A stretch of DNA of 64,000 nucleotides from Hypanus sabinus (Eukaryota), in assembly GCF_030144855.1 (NCBI RefSeq), contig NC_082706.1, positions 34,286,001-34,350,000 on the forward strand, read 5' to 3'. Below the pieces are notes generated by a model that was not told the origin of the DNA, did no database searches, and worked only from the letters and a program-made list of their open reading frames with translations. Each line of letters opens with the position of its first letter. The first letter of the stretch is position 1. Shown in pieces: positions 60,319 to 64,000 of this stretch. Both the position numbers and the translations under genes were made by a program.

Positions 60319-60730
60319 TGTTGTGGTTTCTCGTCCCCACAAATGACCAGGAGATGCAGAAGATTCTTCAAGAAGGGTTAAACTTTAATTTGCAAATCAA
60401 AGCTGAGACAGTCAGTGAGCTGGTCGCTGATTGCCCACCGATCCTTGTACATAGCATTTTTTATAGCAATTTCCTGTTTTAGTTGCATTAGCATATCCAA
60501 TCTATAGTTGCATATCACAAGTACATCCTCCACTATTGTTTCTAGCATTGACTTAATCATGTTCTAATCTACATCTCTTAGCTAGCCTCTCATTAACACA
60601 CCATTATCTTCTACATTCTTAAGATTTCATTCTCCTGCTAAATTGGATACATGCATAGCAAATAGCAAGCTCAAAGCTGACTACATAGTTCTGGTTACAC
60701 AGCAAACAATGCAACTTTTATACTCCAATA
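60319..60730 (-). repeat. ERV 3' LTR (412 bp)
   Basis: Immediately follows the PPT on the minus strand; starts TATTGG (probably mutated TG) and ends ...CCACAACA; TATAAAA near its 5' end. Confidence 0.7.
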
Positions 60731-60929
60731 TATCCCCCCTTTGAGACCCATACAGAGAAAGAAGACTAAGAGTCCGCGCACAAAAGCCCCAATCAACTCA
60801 AGCACTTATTCCCAAATCTCGGGTTAAACTATAATTTTCTGTGCCAAGACCTCAAAGTATTCTCTCCCTGTTACCCTGGGCCGCTGAGCCAAAAACCTAT
60901 CCCTTTGTACCTGAGACAAGGAAAAAAAC

Positions 60930-61240
60930 TCAGAAGCCCTTCCAATCTACTCCCACACTGTCGTTTTGCTCTTGTTCATCCTGCAGGTGTTGTAGGCTGT
61001 AACGATACATTTTCGGTGTTTCTTTCTCCACTGAGCTTGCTTCAGTAATTGCCACGAGCATCGGAAATTGTTTGGTTGCAGCACGCACTACAAGAGACTT
61101 GAGACAAGGAAGAAAACAGCACAGCACAAACGCATAGCTCAACTATACAATACTGACAGTTATTGCCATTTTAGTCAGCCATGCTCCCCATCCTCCGAGT
61201 CTACTTTCTAACCAGTCAAATAACTGATGTTCGAACCCTG
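60930..61240 (-). pseudogene. ERV env remnant (membrane-proximal region, TM helix, cytoplasmic tail)
   Basis: LFDWLESRLGGWGAWLTKMAITVSIV*LSYAFVLCCFLPCLKSLVVRA just upstream of the PPT. Confidence 0.72.
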
Positions 61241-64000
61241 CATTCTGTGCGCATACCTTGCACTGTGACAAGACAAAGTCCACTGAAGCCTGTAAATAAG
61301 GTGACCACAAACCATCCTTCTTTATTTTCTTTATCCCTTTCTCCCCTTGCACAATGGTCAATCCCATGTGCTTCTGAAATCAGAATCGTCAGTAGAGGGG
61401 TGGGCGCTACCAACAAACCGTCTTCCGTGCTCCACAAGCCTTCCGGGTTCTGCTTGGCCCCCCTTCATCTCCACATTGTCTGTTCTGCTAAAGTTGCCTT
61501 ACCTTGTATTTCAATTAGGTCCTCTACCACAGGTTCTGGAGTTAGGCTTACCTGGGGGGCAATGACAGCTGATGTACATCCAGACGCTTTTCTGGCTGCC
61601 TCGTCCGCAGCTTGATTTCCCTTTGTTATTACATCATTTCCCTTTTTATGTGCCTGGCATTTTACTATAGCCAATGCTTTAGGTTTTATTATGGCTTTTA
61701 TTAAGCCTAGAATTTGCTGACAATGTTGTATGGGATCTCCACTGTTTTTTTTTAAAACCTCTCTGTTTCCACACTGCCCCGAACAAATCAGTATAAATGT
61801 CTACTTTCTCACCTTCCATTATTTCACACGCAGCTGTCAGGGCTTTGATTTCCGCTAGTTGGGCGGAACACGGTTGGGGACAGGACTCCATCCTAATAAT
61901 CTTATAGCTCGACTGATCCTGCTGCACTACTGAGAACCCTGCATGATTTCCATCATAATCCCTATAACAAGAGCCATCTACGAACACAACCTTTTTATCT
62001 ACATCCTCTAGTGGTTCTGACCGTAAATCTGCTCTCAATTTGGCAAATGCCATCGTCTTCCCTACACAATCATGGGGTTCTCTTTCATAGCCCAAAGGGA
62101 CAAAATCGGCTATATTACTGGTAGTGCATCCCTGTATAGTTATGTCTGGAAATGTCAATAGCATCTGATACGCTGCTATCCTGGCCTGCGTCAGCACAAA
62201 TTTCCCTCTTTCCAGCAATTCTGCTACTTCGTGGTGTGTGTACAGAGTCACAGGATAGCCCAGGGTTACAGATGATGCTTTTTCATATGCATAGTACAGC
62301 GCCGCCAATCCCTGATAAAAGGGTGGATACCCCTGAGCCACTTCATCTAGTCTCATACTGTAGTATGCTATCGGCTGCTTTGCTTTTCCTGTGCCTGTCT
62401 CTTGTGTTAGAACCGCTGTGACATAACCCTCCTGTCGGTTGGATGCATACAAATGAAAAACCTTCTCGTAGTCAGGCAAAGCTAATGCTGGTGCTGACCG
62501 CAATTCCTGTTTAATAGTATTGAAAGCTGTCTCCGCCTCTCCATTCCACTGTAAGCCGTTCTTCAAATTTGTATGTCCTGCTTCTTTCATCATCTTTCTC
62601 AAAGGTGCCACAATCTCAGCATATTCTCCTATCCAATCTGAGCTGTACCCTGCCATTCCCAAAAATGTCATCATCTGCCCTACAGTCAGGGGTTTTGGGG
62701 CCTTAGTTATTGCCTCAACCTGATCTGGTGCTATCGCCTTCACTCCCTTGGATATTACCCTGCCTAAGTATTCCACTTGCTGTGTGCAAAATTGCAGTTT
62801 CTTTTTTGATACTTTTTGTCCTCCGTGCGCCAGCTTCTCTAACAGAGTTACAGTGTCCTGCTCACACTGTTCCTTATTGTGGGAACAAATCAAAAGGTCA
62901 TCCACATACTGTAACAATGTACTTTCCAATGGTATGCCCTCTAGGTCTGCCTTCAACACCTGATTAAAAACATGTGGTGAATGTTTAAACCCTTGCGGCA
63001 TTCTGGTATAGGTATACTGAGCACCTCTGTAAGTAAATGCAAACAGATACTAACACTGGTCAGCTAGAGGAATGCTGAAGAAAGCCGAACACAAATCAAT
63101 CACTGAAAAGTAACTTGGAACATTAGTCAAAAGCGTGTATGGGTTGGGGACTACCGCTGGCCAGTCCTCTACCACATCATTTACCGCTCGCAAATCATGT
63201 ACCAATCTCCACTTAGATTTATCTACTTTTAAGACCTGCAGCAATGAAGAATTGCATGGACTGTTTGTTCTTTTAAGCACTCCTATTTCAATCAACCCCT
63301 GCACTGTCAATGCTATTCCCTCTTCTGCTTCTGGTCTTAGAGGGTATTGTGGTCTCCTGGGTGGAATTGCTCCCCTTTTCAGCCTTATTTCCACCGGACT
63401 AGCTGTTTTTATTTTCCCTACGTCCGTGTCATGCTTGACCACAGAATAGATGGCAACTCATCTAACCTATCTTTCTGCTGGCCTCTTTCCTTTCCCAGCA
63501 ATGGCATGTGTGGTTGGGGAGTTATTTCGACCTCTCTCACAGTCCCTACCATATCCACAGTTACCATTATTTTAATGCAATTGTGTCTTCTGATATCCAC
63601 ACCTCTGGCGTGATTTTCCTCCACACTGTTACGGTTTCAGCACTCTTAACTAAGGGTCCTAAGTCCTTAGACTGATATCCCTTGTTTACCAACAACATTA
63701 CGTGGGGCACAGCCTCCGGTACCCTGTACCATTTTTCTAAAAAGGTGTTCCACTTAACTTGTAAAGCTGCCCCTTGCTTTCCAATTATCACAGCCTCCCC
63801 TTCCAGGTGCTGTTGGGTACATGCCTCCAGGTGCCATCTCTCCTCTAACTCCCTGTTCTGAGTCTCGTCAAAAATCACTGTACAATGTAGCTCAGATTTG
63901 GGCATTACAGCCCTGGGTAATATAGCCTGCACACCCTTTTCCCATTTTTCCCAGGTTTCCTGAATCTGATCTGTGATGTCTCCTATCCAAAAGACATTAG
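61240..64000 (-). pseudogene. ERV pol remnant: 2H-like domain, RT, tether, RNase H, integrase N-terminus
   Basis: ORFs 63567-63932, 63418-63624, 63050-63442, 61679-63001, 61465-61674 and 61216-61437, with stops, frameshifts and small deletions. Confidence 0.88.

Larger units (their letters stand above)
60319..64000 (-). mobile_element. Class I (epsilon/gamma-like) endogenous retrovirus, 3' part; continues beyond the window
   Basis: 3' LTR, PPT AAAGGGGGGATA, env TM remnant, pol with MPQGFKHSP / QYVDDLL RT, tether, RNase H (VDGS, AQLAEIKAL, IYTD) and integrase HHCC. Confidence 0.9.

Noticed and set aside
60319-60730. ERV 3' LTR as an alternative POLM promoter
   Set aside because: It has the same orientation but lies ~11 kb upstream, is decayed, and no supporting splice donor was identified; POLM has its own CpG island.

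Overview
Eukaryotic (vertebrate) genomic DNA, most likely from a cartilaginous fish; this is inferred from the repeat repertoire (HE1/V-type SINEs, abundant CR1, Penelope-like elements). The window holds one complete, intact host gene on the minus strand: DNA polymerase mu (POLM, X family). It has 11 coding exons at 806-48750 (1587 nt, 528 aa), all splice phases are consistent, and there is a probable non-coding first exon in a CpG island at ~49.3-49.6 kb. The rest is mostly transposon-derived. Main elements: a ~4.5 kb 27-bp minisatellite grown out of a CR1 3' end (last intron), a full-length Gmr1-type Gypsy element with integrase before RT (16859-23355), a full-length L1 with an 11-bp TSD (28483-34615), a decayed Mag-type Gypsy with nested inserts, Rex1, L2, CR1, Penelope, SINE and Tigger-like fragments, and the 3' part of a class I endogenous retrovirus (60319 to window end). 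Most notable: a 2H-phosphoesterase-like domain upstream of RT in the ERV pol, TdT-like residues and a much longer Loop 2 in this Pol mu, a GC-AG intron, and an unclassified 695-bp insertion with a 10-bp TSD. Family assignments and human/mouse residue comparisons are from recall, not database searches.
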